From sequence record MN850601.1: DNA of 64,000 bases, one strand, 5' to 3'. Under the pieces are notes generated by a model. That model was not told the DNA's origin and made no database searches. It was given only the letters and a program-made list of their open reading frames with translations. Made by a program: the position numbers and the translations under genes. Each line of letters opens with the position of its first letter. Position 1 is the first letter of the stretch. The stretch is from Escherichia phage inny. This document shows, piece by piece, positions 27,782-37,664 of the stretch.

Positions 27782-28354
27782 TTATTTGCTAATGCTTTGA
27801 ATCTTATTTACAACACGGTTTATTGCCAGTGAAGCCCTAGGCTCCGCAATACCTGTTGCATAGATATAAGGATGACCTTTTGGAGACTCCCTTATACCGA
27901 ATGAACCTAATTCTAAACCATATTCATCTTCTACGTCAACCCCAATATTAGTGGGTACTAAATATGTTTTAACTCCATAATAAGTAGAGAAGAAACAGCG
28001 CATAGAGTTAGCATACTCTTCAATTGTAGCATCAGGGTAGAACTCAATCAACTCCAATTTCAAGAAAATATTAAAATGAGTATCATCTAAATTTTCTTCT
28101 GTACGGTAACATGGTGTTAGTGCCATATAAGGATTACCTGCTGCAAATTCAAAACCATCCTTCTCCATTTGCAGGAAAGATTGTTCTGCACTGGCTACAT
28201 AGTATTTACCGTTAGGATGCCCTAATGGGCGATCCTCTTTATTTTCTGGTAGTGTGTACGCCAGTATATCAGCATCCACGAGATATGGAACTTCCAACAT
28301 CTGTGCAAACCGACCATAGTAATCAATAGCTTGAGCTATTACTTCAACATTCAT
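27782..28354 (-). CDS. hypothetical protein (possible class II aaRS-like minimal catalytic core)
   Basis: 190 aa; YRTEENLDDTHFNIF (motif-2-like fRxE...HxxxF) and GLELGSFGIRE (motif-3-like); tentative. Confidence 0.5.
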   Translation of the reverse strand: MNVEVIAQAIDYYGRFAQMLEVPYLVDADILAYTLPENKEDRPLGHPNGKYYVASAEQSFLQMEKDGFEFAAGNPYMALTPCYRTEENLDDTHFNIFLKLELIEFYPDATIEEYANSMRCFFSTYYGVKTYLVPTNIGVDVEDEYGLELGSFGIRESPKGHPYIYATGIAEPRASLAINRVVNKIQSISK

Positions 28355-28602
28355 GAGCGACCTCCATTGCGGAATGCACGTTTAGTAATGTTCGACATAG
28401 TGATCAAATCTTGAAGCGTCATATCAGGAAAATGCTGTTCAAGAACACCTTCAACAGCGCCTACAATATCTGATAACTCGATAAGTTGCATCAGCTTGCA
28501 ATCTTGATCAATAGCATCCTGAAGTTCATAAAGCTCTTCTTGAATTTTAGCAATAGAACCATATTCCTCTTTGCTAATCTCCTTCAAATGATACCCTGCC
28601 AC
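28351..28602 (-). CDS. hypothetical protein (possible MazG-like all-alpha NTP pyrophosphohydrolase)
   Basis: 83 aa; EEL.EL.DA and E.V.E glutamate-rich helices; C-terminus resembles 56277..56594 product. Confidence 0.4.
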   Translation of the reverse strand: MAGYHLKEISKEEYGSIAKIQEELYELQDAIDQDCKLMQLIELSDIVGAVEGVLEQHFPDMTLQDLITMSNITKRAFRNGGRS

Positions 28603-28612
28603 TTTAACCCCC

Positions 28613-30349
28613 TTAGTTTACCAGTTTATTTATATCTGGTAAAAGATTTATTTCACCTAAAAAATCACCTTCACCTTCCTCTAACCAACTCTCATATGCT
28701 TGTGCATGATTATAGTTACCATCAAAAGAATCTGCAACAAATTTTTCTACAGCTTTTCGAGATGTGCCAGTGCCAAATACACCAAGTTTAATACCATTGA
28801 TCGGTAAAGTGGTGCTTGTTGGTACTTTCTCTGTTGCAACACGGTTAATATCTATAATCTCCTGTACGGTTGTGTTCCATTGTAAGCATTTAACACAACG
28901 GGTATGCGCTACATACAGTAGGTTTCGCTCTGCCTCTTCCAGTCCTATCCATTGACCAGTCTTTTTATCATAGTTGGAAGGAAAATCATTAGCAACAATA
29001 ACCTGATCCCACTCCAAACCTTTAGACTTGTGTGCTGTAGTCAGTGTGACTTTTGCTGTAGGAGAATTTCTATGCGTTCTAAGTGTATGTGCTATAGTGT
29101 TTGCCTTACCAGAAACTACGATGTTTAACAAGCGTTTAGCATCTGGATCAGCCTCTGCACACTCAACAAATTCATTCCAGTCTGCGTAAGGTAATACAGT
29201 TTCATGTTTTACTTTCTCAATATCTCCTCTCCGAAGAGCATTAACACTATCTACCATAGAGATAAAATCCCTGGTATCTACGTTAATAATAATTTCTTCC
29301 CCATCTGCAATACGATCCATTGCCTCCATAAGCAAGGTTAAATTCTTGCGAAAGATGATAGTGTAAGGTTTTGTATAGTCTACAACATCTGATTTGTAGC
29401 TACCTACTACAGTATCAAAGCCTTTACCAACCAAAGGATGACGCAAAGGTTCTTTATCGCTTAAAATCATATTGGCAATGTTTGCCACTTTGGGGCCAAA
29501 ACGGAAGCAAGCAGTTAATGGAAGCTCTGCCCCATATGTAGAGGTTTCCTTCATCATATTTTGGCTTCCACGGAACTGGTAGATGCTCTGATATTCGTCA
29601 CCCACCACTACTACTTGTTTTGCAGATTTAGCATTTCGCAGAATAGACAAGAATGCAGGGTTAACATCCTGAAATTCATCACCAAAAATAATATCATAAC
29701 CAAGATCAGCACCAGATAATTCAAACAATTTTACATAGGTATCATGCGTCATCAAAGTATCTGTATTAGGATCGATGCGCTCTCGCCACAATTGTTTTGC
29801 ATACTTAACTACTTCTGTAATTAGTTTGTGTTCGTTAATACCTTTTCTTTTAATATCTGCAAGATGTACACTAGGAAAATGTTTACGGCTGATAAAAGGA
29901 TCATCCGAAAATTCAAACTTACCTACGGTTTGCTTGATCATTAAACCAATCATAGCACGAGTTAAAAGTGTTTTCCCTCGTTTATCAATAAGATTATTAA
30001 TCTTAAATTTCTTTGCTATCTCACTACCTGTACCTGCAACGTTAACATACTGTCCTTCTGGTCGTGACAGTTTTGCACGTAAACGATGATCCAGGAATTG
30101 ATAGCAAATAGAATGCAATGTACGGCATTCTACATTTAGTGGCATCTTACGTCGTGCTTCTTCTGCCATGCTTTTATTGAAAGCTAAGTAAAGAATGCGA
30201 TCTTCTGTACTGTTAGCCAGCAAATAAAGTGTTGACGTTTTGCCTGATCCAGATTTAGCTTGGATAGTTAAAAAGCGATGGTCTGGAAAAGCCTCCTTAA
30301 TAGCTGTTTGCTCTTCTGTTGGAGTGAAGCTCAACTCTTTCTTAGCCAT
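28613..30349 (-). CDS. UvrD/Rep-family superfamily 1 DNA helicase
   Basis: Track ORF trimmed to ATG (MAKKELSF...); Walker A AKSGSGKTS, motif II FGDEFQDVN. Confidence 0.8.
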   Translation of the reverse strand: MAKKELSFTPTEEQTAIKEAFPDHRFLTIQAKSGSGKTSTLYLLANSTEDRILYLAFNKSMAEEARRKMPLNVECRTLHSICYQFLDHRLRAKLSRPEGQYVNVAGTGSEIAKKFKINNLIDKRGKTLLTRAMIGLMIKQTVGKFEFSDDPFISRKHFPSVHLADIKRKGINEHKLITEVVKYAKQLWRERIDPNTDTLMTHDTYVKLFELSGADLGYDIIFGDEFQDVNPAFLSILRNAKSAKQVVVVGDEYQSIYQFRGSQNMMKETSTYGAELPLTACFRFGPKVANIANMILSDKEPLRHPLVGKGFDTVVGSYKSDVVDYTKPYTIIFRKNLTLLMEAMDRIADGEEIIINVDTRDFISMVDSVNALRRGDIEKVKHETVLPYADWNEFVECAEADPDAKRLLNIVVSGKANTIAHTLRTHRNSPTAKVTLTTAHKSKGLEWDQVIVANDFPSNYDKKTGQWIGLEEAERNLLYVAHTRCVKCLQWNTTVQEIIDINRVATEKVPTSTTLPINGIKLGVFGTGTSRKAVEKFVADSFDGNYNHAQAYESWLEEGEGDFLGEINLLPDINKLVN

Positions 30350-30350
30350 T

Positions 30351-30827
30351 TCAACCTCTCTTAATTTGTTTAACAAGCATAGGAACAAAATCTCGTTTTA
30401 AAATTTGTTCAATAATATGATCAGGTAGCTGTTGGAAATTATAATTAAAAGCTACTGTCTCACCTTTAGGTGTTTCTACCCGCACATATAACATGTTACG
30501 AAGTTTATCCACTTGTGCTGTATATTCTAAACCATGTAATTGATGCATTGCAAACATCAAGTCATCAGTTTCAGTTTGGAATCTATCATTTGCTTGCATT
30601 AAGGACAAGGTAAAAGGTAGATTTTCCCTAAGAGCCACCTTCTTAGGAACTAGTGAAGGAAAATACTCACCAATAACTTCCTGTGTAAGCTGGATACACT
30701 CTTTTTCAAGTTGGTTTTGTTCCTTAAGTTCACAAACACTTTTTTGTAAAGTGTTAACCTCTTTTTGCAAAGCTGCTAGTTGAGCACTTAACTTTCTTTT
30801 TTGATTACGACCAAAACGTTTAGACAT
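30351..30827 (-). CDS. hypothetical protein
   Basis: 158 aa; N-terminal coiled coil. Confidence 0.55.
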   Translation of the reverse strand: MSKRFGRNQKRKLSAQLAALQKEVNTLQKSVCELKEQNQLEKECIQLTQEVIGEYFPSLVPKKVALRENLPFTLSLMQANDRFQTETDDLMFAMHQLHGLEYTAQVDKLRNMLYVRVETPKGETVAFNYNFQQLPDHIIEQILKRDFVPMLVKQIKRG

Positions 30828-30835
30828 ATTTCCCC

Positions 30836-31351
30836 CTAGTAAAACCCTTTAACAATCTGTATTAACTCGGCACAACGGTTGACCAACTTTTCCTCATACA
30901 ATACACGTTGTGGCATATGTTGTATAATATACTCCATTTGCTCATGCCATGTCCACTTTTCTTTTTTGTCTGGGATAACATCACTAGCACGAGAATTATC
31001 TTTTAATGTTTGTATAATCCAATTGCTTGGAAAGTGCTCTCCACCTTTCTTAAATGGTTTATAGTGGCCTAGAGTGAATTGAGAATCCCCTGTTAGAGCA
31101 CCCAATTTATTTAAATGGATAATCAAACTACGAAACACGTAGTATTCATAGATGTTATCCACCGTATAGCAAGCATAATATTTCAAGATGCCCTTATCTC
31201 GCGGATACTTACCAACATCCAGATTGCACCAGTTGACATTTTCTGGATCATAGTGGTGTTCCTTAAGCCATATTTCTCTTTCATCAAAGTCTGGATATAT
31301 TACCGCCCTGCTTACAGAGTCAACAAGTGGAAATTGAGCATCAAAAAACAT
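30836..31351 (-). CDS. hypothetical protein
   Basis: 171 aa ORF. Confidence 0.55.
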   Translation of the reverse strand: MFFDAQFPLVDSVSRAVIYPDFDEREIWLKEHHYDPENVNWCNLDVGKYPRDKGILKYYACYTVDNIYEYYVFRSLIIHLNKLGALTGDSQFTLGHYKPFKKGGEHFPSNWIIQTLKDNSRASDVIPDKKEKWTWHEQMEYIIQHMPQRVLYEEKLVNRCAELIQIVKGFY

Positions 31352-31372
31352 TATATTTTCCTTATTGGTTTG

Positions 31373-31738
31373 TTAAACGTTTTCTAAATCTTTTAAGGCA
31401 TTACCCAACGTTAGAACAATAACATCGTTTGCTGCCTCTTCCCCATTGATATTGGTGAAATTTGGTGTGACAAAAGTAACCATATAAAACTCGTCTACCT
31501 GGAAGACAGCAATAACACCATCCATCTTAACATCTTGACGAAAGGAAAAACCAATCATCTTCTCTTGCAAAGGCATATCCCCTTCCTTCATTACCGCTAG
31601 GGAGTTTTCAGGAATGTTATATTTATCTGCTCCGATGTAGATGTACGTAATGTTATCTTTATCGTGATGATACAGGGTTGCTTTTTCCATATCTAAACCT
31701 GACAGATCAAATACGTTAATTTCTTGTGTAGTCTTCAT
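31373..31738 (-). CDS. hypothetical protein
   Basis: Track ORF 31373..31813 trimmed to ATG (MKTTQEINVF...) with GGGAGGA SD. Confidence 0.5.
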   Translation of the reverse strand: MKTTQEINVFDLSGLDMEKATLYHHDKDNITYIYIGADKYNIPENSLAVMKEGDMPLQEKMIGFSFRQDVKMDGVIAVFQVDEFYMVTFVTPNFTNINGEEAANDVIVLTLGNALKDLENV

Positions 31739-32102
31739 AAATATCCTCCCAAATCCAATAATCATCTGTGTAAGTAGGATGCCTTTTATCCCACTCTGTT
31801 CTAGCCCAAGCAACCGCTGCTACTAACACATCACCATGACAAGGTTGAGGTGAGCAGAAGCAAACTAAGTCTTTCCCTTCTAATTCTAACAAATCCTCAA
31901 GAGTGATTTTACCACAACGAATTTGTTCCCACAACCACTCTTTATATCTTTGTATAGTTGACCCTCGTGGTTCATCATCCTTTAACTTAAAAGGATTTGC
32001 AAACTTTGAGGCTTTTAACCCCATATGAGGCATAGCTCTGCCAATGTAAACTGCACCTTCAGGTATTACTTTACCTAAGTGGTAAAAATTTAATACTTTC
32101 AT
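31716..32102 (-). CDS. conserved hypothetical protein with CxC...PxPCHxD motif
   Basis: Track ORF trimmed to first ATG (MKVLNFYH...); motif GKDLVCFCSPQPCHGDVL. Confidence 0.5.
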   Translation of the reverse strand: MKVLNFYHLGKVIPEGAVYIGRAMPHMGLKASKFANPFKLKDDEPRGSTIQRYKEWLWEQIRCGKITLEDLLELEGKDLVCFCSPQPCHGDVLVAAVAWARTEWDKRHPTYTDDYWIWEDIYEDYTRN

Positions 32103-32103
32103 A

Positions 32104-32454
32104 TTAACCCAAACACATCTGTGCAATCAAGCCCTGTATAAATTTATTAGCTTCTTTACTGTCGTAGTCAGTCTCTTCTGGATATCCATCTTCATCGTAC
32201 ACAACTGTACCTTCAATATACCCTGCCTCAATTAAGGCGCGGATCATATCAAATTGCCAGCATGAGTTACCAAATGGACGTTTACCATTAAAACACTCTT
32301 CTTCTCTCCATAACGTAGAGAGTAGTTGTCGGAAATATTCCCGTACAGTGACAGTACCAAGATCTGAATCCTCAAACATAACATCCAAGGCATCAGGATT
32401 GCTTTTCTCTACATAAGGAATATATTTAACACCATTAATAGTTACATCAAGCAT
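32104..32454 (-). CDS. hypothetical protein
   Basis: 116 aa ORF. Confidence 0.5.
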   Translation of the reverse strand: MLDVTINGVKYIPYVEKSNPDALDVMFEDSDLGTVTVREYFRQLLSTLWREEECFNGKRPFGNSCWQFDMIRALIEAGYIEGTVVYDEDGYPEETDYDSKEANKFIQGLIAQMCLG

Positions 32455-32817
32455 TTATTTCTCCTTATCATCATATTCTAGGAACATATCTGCACGATAT
32501 GCTTTACGCTCTTCAAACTTAGCAGGATCTACAACAATAAGCAATACAAGGTTAACATCTAAATACTTCTTAACAAATAGAAATAAATCTTTTCCACAGT
32601 TAAAACCTACACCAGTATAGGCATCCCCATATTGATCTACTGATTTAATCTTCTTACTAACCGTACACTCTATGCTATTCTTTTCTTCTTGGTATAAGGC
32701 TTTCCCACCCCAATATGTAAAGAATTTAGTACCGTCAGCACCAAGTTTAAAACCCTCTGTTGCATGTCCCGCAAATGAAAGTAAACATAACCAAGTGATC
32801 ATCAGGTACTTTAGCAT
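32455..32817 (-). CDS. secreted/periplasmic hypothetical protein
   Basis: Track ORF trimmed to ATG (MLKYLMITWLCLLSFAGHA...), signal-peptide-like N-terminus. Confidence 0.5.
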   Translation of the reverse strand: MLKYLMITWLCLLSFAGHATEGFKLGADGTKFFTYWGGKALYQEEKNSIECTVSKKIKSVDQYGDAYTGVGFNCGKDLFLFVKKYLDVNLVLLIVVDPAKFEERKAYRADMFLEYDDKEK

Positions 32818-32818
32818 T

Positions 32819-33301
32819 TTAACCACCCAATTGCAAATGTTTAGAAAGAACAATATCCCACTGATCACCACAACCGTTATCTATGCGGAACATAATGTAC
32901 GTATCATCTTCTTCTACAACATACCGTACCTCATAGGAGTTACAACAGCCTTCCCAATTTTTAACGGCTTCTGGTGTATGATGTGTAAGAATTTCATTAC
33001 CATCATATGACCAAAACAAAGGGGTAAGGTTTTCGAAGGTCAGTGAAGTAGGGTTTACTTCGTCTTTAACTGCTTCCTCATATTCCTTATGCGTTTGTAC
33101 TGCTTTAGTTAGTGTACTCATGTCTATCTCCTTTTCTCCTTCTTGACTATAGAGGATAGCGAACTCTCTAAACTCCACTTCACGCCATGTTTTCAGGTAG
33201 TGCTTTATAATTTTATCAACATCTGCCTGTTCAACATTACTTTTCAAGCAATAGTAGTCATGGTCTTCACCCATTCTACCCCATATGCTATACATTATCA
33301 T
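32819..33301 (-). CDS. hypothetical protein
   Basis: 160 aa ORF. Confidence 0.55.
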   Translation of the reverse strand: MIMYSIWGRMGEDHDYYCLKSNVEQADVDKIIKHYLKTWREVEFREFAILYSQEGEKEIDMSTLTKAVQTHKEYEEAVKDEVNPTSLTFENLTPLFWSYDGNEILTHHTPEAVKNWEGCCNSYEVRYVVEEDDTYIMFRIDNGCGDQWDIVLSKHLQLGG

Positions 33302-33569
33302 CTGATTGATCCTTCACATTGCTCTTGGCATACACAGGAATAACATCATGGTGATCTTTATTACTTTCGTCTGTTAAAGCCCAAAACAACTTACCTGCCG
33401 GATGTTTAAAGATGTAAGCAATAGGTTCCTCTTCCTGTGCCTCTTTGCTACGGATGCCATCCCGCCAGGCAAGCCAAGTGTAGATCATCATCTCTTGACG
33501 TTCTTCTTCATTAGGCCACAGATGGGGTAGAAAGTTTTTATCAAACCATTGCTTAAATTCTTCAGTCAT
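33288..33569 (-). CDS. hypothetical protein
   Basis: 93 aa ORF. Confidence 0.5.
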   Translation of the reverse strand: MTEEFKQWFDKNFLPHLWPNEEERQEMMIYTWLAWRDGIRSKEAQEEEPIAYIFKHPAGKLFWALTDESNKDHHDVIPVYAKSNVKDQSDDNV

Positions 33570-33579
33570 AGTCTACTCC

Positions 33580-33744
33580 TTAGCGTACAAAATTAACTTC
33601 TGCTTCTTTCAGCTTTGACACTTCTACATAACCACCATGATCATCTTTAATCCATTCTTTTCCTTTACGGATGATAACAGGATATGTAGAGTGAGTAAGT
33701 TTAGGTACAGATCTTTTTGTTTTAGTGATAGAAATGTTTTGCAT
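33580..33744 (-). CDS. small hypothetical protein (about 54 aa)
   Basis: Below ORF-track size cut-off; ATG preceded by AAGGAG; MQNISITKTKRSVPKL...; coordinates approximate. Confidence 0.35.
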   Translation of the reverse strand: MQNISITKTKRSVPKLTHSTYPVIIRKGKEWIKDDHGGYVEVSKLKEAEVNFVR

Positions 33745-33804
33745 AGTAATCTCCTTAGTAAACTTTACATAGAGTTTAGATTATTTAGTAGGTAGAGTCA
33801 ATAA

Positions 33805-34071
33805 CTAATTACTGTTAGATCTGTATTCTGTCTTCCATTCACAATGGTAAACTTCAACAGGTTCTAACTTCCAATGTTCAGGAACTAATTCAGGGCAATA
33901 TCTACAAAAGAGAAATAGATAGATAACTAAGACAGGTATTAAATAGTAAAATGGTATACGATCATAACCATACTTACGAGATAACATGTAGACATATAGA
34001 TAGGGTATAACAATTAATCCTATAACTATAAGTAAGAAGAGAAGTATAAACCTTAGTGTAGTAACACCCAT
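33805..34071 (-). CDS. small membrane protein
   Basis: 88 aa, two hydrophobic helices. Confidence 0.5.
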   Translation of the reverse strand: MGVTTLRFILLFLLIVIGLIVIPYLYVYMLSRKYGYDRIPFYYLIPVLVIYLFLFCRYCPELVPEHWKLEPVEVYHCEWKTEYRSNSN

Positions 34072-34235
34072 AGCATTCTCCTATACAGTAATATACTCTG
34101 TTCCTGCCCCTCCATGAGTGACAGGAACAATATCTATAGAGAATACTAACTCGCTTCGCTCGTCACCTTTCAGGTTTAGGGTAGCATGTTTTTCTGAAAA
34201 AGTCAATACTCTCCACAAAACTTTACAAAATACTT

Positions 34236-34508
34236 TTACATAGGTACAACAGAGTCTGTTTTGAAGTCGTACATATGATTTACACCTGTGATTTTTGACA
34301 TAGAGATTGCACGTTTAGCACCTGCAATTACCTGGTCTGTCTTCTTAATCTCTTCACGGAACTTACGTACAGTTAAAGAGAAGAAACGATGATCCATCCA
34401 TTGACGATTCACACGATCACGCTTGAAGTGACGGAAATCTTCAATCTGTTTATTGCGCAATCGGCGCAGTACATGCAATAGTTTATAGTAAGGGTGTTTA
34501 TTTTTCAT
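34236..34508 (-). CDS. hypothetical basic protein
   Basis: 90 aa, Arg/Lys-rich. Confidence 0.5.
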   Translation of the reverse strand: MKNKHPYYKLLHVLRRLRNKQIEDFRHFKRDRVNRQWMDHRFFSLTVRKFREEIKKTDQVIAGAKRAISMSKITGVNHMYDFKTDSVVPM

Positions 34509-34511
34509 AAT

Positions 34512-34940
34512 TTATTCTCCAAATCGAAAATCGTCAATATCATCAAACCATACACAATGGCGAGTCCTTTCTTTTTCTGTTGCAGACATTGTTTCAACAG
34601 CTTTAGGACTAAGCACAACAGGAATGTAACGAACAGGTCGTTCATAATAGTAGCCATACTTTTCTGTATTAGCTGCCTCAAAGACTTTACGGCGTTCTTC
34701 AAGATCTTCTATGGTGAATCCTACCATATAACCATCATGTTTGCTACCCCATCCTTCCTCACTTTCAACAATCGGGATATAAAAGCCGTTACGCGTCCCT
34801 GACGCTGGTTCTTCTTGAGCCTGAAGGCAAGCCTCCCATCCTGCTTTAAAGACGTTATAGAGCGATTTACGCACGTTATGAGTGCCGCTTTCGCTTGCTG
34901 GATAGAGTTCATTAAATTTGTCTTGGATTTGTTGTGTCAT
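34512..34940 (-). CDS. hypothetical protein
   Basis: 142 aa ORF. Confidence 0.55.
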   Translation of the reverse strand: MTQQIQDKFNELYPASESGTHNVRKSLYNVFKAGWEACLQAQEEPASGTRNGFYIPIVESEEGWGSKHDGYMVGFTIEDLEERRKVFEAANTEKYGYYYERPVRYIPVVLSPKAVETMSATEKERTRHCVWFDDIDDFRFGE

Positions 34941-35083
34941 ACTCGCCCCTTAGTGATTATTTGACCAGCTAAACAAATAGCTTGTAGTACAATAAAGAAG
35001 TAGCCTAATTTTACACTACCCAATACCCAGAATGCAATGTTTGCAAACAAACAAAAAGCAATATTAAGTCTAAAGAATAACAT

Positions 35084-35284
35084 TTAATCCCCTTCATATT
35101 TAGGTAAAGGCATATATGCCACAATAGGAGGGTAATCAAAGTGAAAATGATGGTTCACCACAATAATCTTACCAGACATACTTTTATGCACTTCACAATA
35201 CCCTTTTCCACCATCTTCCATTACCACCACATACTCACCTAGTGGGATATCGTATGGGTCTTCTACTTTTACCCATTCTGTCAT
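35084..35284 (-). CDS. hypothetical protein
   Basis: 66 aa ORF. Confidence 0.45.
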   Translation of the reverse strand: MTEWVKVEDPYDIPLGEYVVVMEDGGKGYCEVHKSMSGKIIVVNHHFHFDYPPIVAYMPLPKYEGD

Positions 35285-35550
35285 TTTGGAAACACCTCTT
35301 GTCCATCTTCATGCATTTGTAGTAAAGTTTCACAGATTTCATACACATCTTGATATGTTACAACTGAGAGATCAGATTCTTGATCTTCGACAAGCATAGC
35401 ACAAAGAGCTTTAATGTCAATACCTTTACAATGTTCCGTAGCTATACGGTACATTTCACCATCCTCCCAAACAATTGGTTGCGGAAGCAAAACGTCTGTA
35501 CCATCTTCACAAGTTACAATGTAGTCTGCAATATTATCACGAATTTTCAT
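35281..35550 (-). CDS. hypothetical protein
   Basis: 89 aa ORF. Confidence 0.5.
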   Translation of the reverse strand: MKIRDNIADYIVTCEDGTDVLLPQPIVWEDGEMYRIATEHCKGIDIKALCAMLVEDQESDLSVVTYQDVYEICETLLQMHEDGQEVFPK

Positions 35551-35804
35551 TGTACTACCCCCTTAAATCCAGATGTGCTGCCAGTTTTAACTTTTGCTTT
35601 AAGATGTTCCAACTCTACCATAGGTGTTGCTACTTGTATAGGATTTTCCTCAACCTCATGGATATAATATTCATAATAAGCATACTTACCAATAGAGTGC
35701 AGATACTTAATTGCATGTTCAGGCGAATCTGCTTCGACATACCCTAAATCTTTTGTGGTACGACCTTCGCAATCACCTTCGGTAGTTACATGATAAAGTG
35801 TCAT
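35547..35804 (-). CDS. hypothetical protein
   Basis: 85 aa ORF. Confidence 0.5.
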   Translation of the reverse strand: MTLYHVTTEGDCEGRTTKDLGYVEADSPEHAIKYLHSIGKYAYYEYYIHEVEENPIQVATPMVELEHLKAKVKTGSTSGFKGVVQ

Positions 35805-35953
35805 AAAACCTCCTCATAGTAAGGTAAAGCCTTGATCAGTTGTTCTGAAGTGCCATTTTGTACCCACGTAACACCATTGTCAACAGAAACATACCCTTTT
35901 TTGTCAATAAATTTACGCAGACAGCCAGTGAACTTATTTTTGTAGATAACCAT
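35801..35953 (-). CDS. small hypothetical protein (about 50 aa)
   Basis: Below track cut-off; GGAG upstream of ATG; stop overlaps next start (ATGA); coordinates approximate. Confidence 0.35.
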   Translation of the reverse strand: MVIYKNKFTGCLRKFIDKKGYVSVDNGVTWVQNGTSEQLIKALPYYEEVL

Positions 35954-35962
35954 GTTTACTCC

Positions 35963-37066
35963 TTAATCAATTTTTTCACTAACAAAATTTTTTATATTTT
36001 CATAATCTTCTAGATTATATGTTTCTGTATATCCATCCGGTAGCCACTCTTTTAAGCATAAAGAGCGGTTAAAACATTTTTTAACTTCTTTCTCCAAAGC
36101 GAAAATAGTAGCATAATCTCCACTGAAACTGTCAAGTAGATAATGCTTAAACATGCTGTTTTTACTTTGCTCTTTGATTCTACGATCAATATCTACCGTA
36201 ATCCCTGCTTTCAAGCAGGTATAAAACGGAGAAACCAATTTTTGTATATAAAAACACCAATTTGATTGTTGGTTTTCGGTGTACGGAATTTCTTTTACTC
36301 TTTTTTGCTTTTTAACATTCATCTCTGTAAAGGGTAATGCTTTATAGAGTGATGTTTGACCGTGGCGTGTCTCTACAGAAAGAACTCCCATATCAACAAA
36401 CATATTTATAATATTGCGTACCTGACGATCACTAACCATTCCAATATTAGCTAATGTTTTTTGAGTAGCGTAACATTCTTGCCCTTGTTCATTGAATCCA
36501 GCTATATAGCTATAGATTTCAACGGCTGGCAGTGTAGCGGTGTATTCATTACCAGATGGTGAATACCATTTTTTAAACATTTTCCATTCTGTAGGGGGAA
36601 GCTGTTCAGGAACAGCTTTAACAGTAGATACTTGCTCTGTCTGTGGCTTTTCTGCATTTACAGAGGCTTTCGCTTCTCTTGGGGGAGTAATATGTGCATC
36701 TGTGAGAGGTAGCGCACGTAATTTTAAAGGACGTTTTGGAATTCGTTCTCCGACCTCTTCTAAAAGACCGATTTTAATCATAATACCAATCAATTCATTA
36801 ACTGTCTTACGGCTACAGCTACAAACTTTACTTAACTTCGTTTGTGTTTCAAAACATATTCCCCCTGATTTATCCCAATCTGAAACATAGCAATATAATT
36901 TTTGCATTTCTACACTAAACTTAACTTTTCCACCACCAACACTTGAGGAGTAGATAAACTCAATCTCACAAAAGTAATGAGGTATATTCAAAGTTCGGTC
37001 TTTAATTTCTCCTGTTTGTTTATCAACATACTGGTATTTTTCACGAATCAATTTAATTTTAGACAT
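35963..37066 (-). CDS. putative DNA-binding protein with two helix-turn-helix-like segments
   Basis: Track ORF trimmed to ATG (MSKIKLIREK...) with AGGAG SD; HTH-like SRKTVNELIGIMIKIGLL and SDRQVRNIINMFVDMGVL. Confidence 0.5.
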   Translation of the reverse strand: MSKIKLIREKYQYVDKQTGEIKDRTLNIPHYFCEIEFIYSSSVGGGKVKFSVEMQKLYCYVSDWDKSGGICFETQTKLSKVCSCSRKTVNELIGIMIKIGLLEEVGERIPKRPLKLRALPLTDAHITPPREAKASVNAEKPQTEQVSTVKAVPEQLPPTEWKMFKKWYSPSGNEYTATLPAVEIYSYIAGFNEQGQECYATQKTLANIGMVSDRQVRNIINMFVDMGVLSVETRHGQTSLYKALPFTEMNVKKQKRVKEIPYTENQQSNWCFYIQKLVSPFYTCLKAGITVDIDRRIKEQSKNSMFKHYLLDSFSGDYATIFALEKEVKKCFNRSLCLKEWLPDGYTETYNLEDYENIKNFVSEKID

Positions 37067-37103
37067 TAGAATAATCTCCTTATAAATCACGCTTAATGCG
37101 CTA

Positions 37104-37286
37104 CTAAAGTGAATGAGGATCATTTACCTTTTTTTGTTTGATATTCTCTGCTGCTTCAGTAATGATTTCTAACATCAAATCACTGACCATAATTTGCCTT
37201 TTCTTGGCTTCAGCAAATAAAACCTTGAAGATTTCAGGGTCAACGTGTAGGTAAGTGCGCGGAATTGGTTTCTTAGTTTCGCTCAT
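37104..37286 (-). CDS. ribbon-helix-helix (CopG/Arc-like) small DNA-binding protein
   Basis: Track ORF trimmed to ATG (MSETKKPIPRTYLHVDPEIFKVL...) with AAGGAG SD; beta-strand + two helices pattern. Confidence 0.45.
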   Translation of the reverse strand: MSETKKPIPRTYLHVDPEIFKVLFAEAKKRQIMVSDLMLEIITEAAENIKQKKVNDPHSL

Positions 37287-37299
37287 AGTTTTCTCCTTA

Positions 37300-37653
37300 T
37301 TACATCCACAGATTATGGAAATACTTAGCAAACAAAATACGACCTTCTAAACGATCTTGCCGCTGTTTTTCATTAACTTCTTCTGGTGGAGTTGAGTCCT
37401 TAAAAGAAGACTCCATTTTTTCAAGAATTTCTAACCAGTGTTCTGCTGCTCGTTCTTCCATATAAGGTAGATAGTCACCTTTAGCGTGTGGGTACATCCG
37501 ACGAAGTAACCCACTAGGAATTTTAACATTGTTTGTGGCTATCACTTTTGCACGATATGCAGAAAGTGCATTGTAGATCAGTTTACTTAGTGTCACATCT
37601 AGATCAAGAAGATCACTCTCTTCAAATTGAATTTCATCGTGTACAATTTTCAT
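37300..37653 (-). CDS. hypothetical protein
   Basis: 117 aa ORF. Confidence 0.5.
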   Translation of the reverse strand: MKIVHDEIQFEESDLLDLDVTLSKLIYNALSAYRAKVIATNNVKIPSGLLRRMYPHAKGDYLPYMEERAAEHWLEILEKMESSFKDSTPPEEVNEKQRQDRLEGRILFAKYFHNLWM

Positions 37654-37664
37654 ATCACTCTCCT

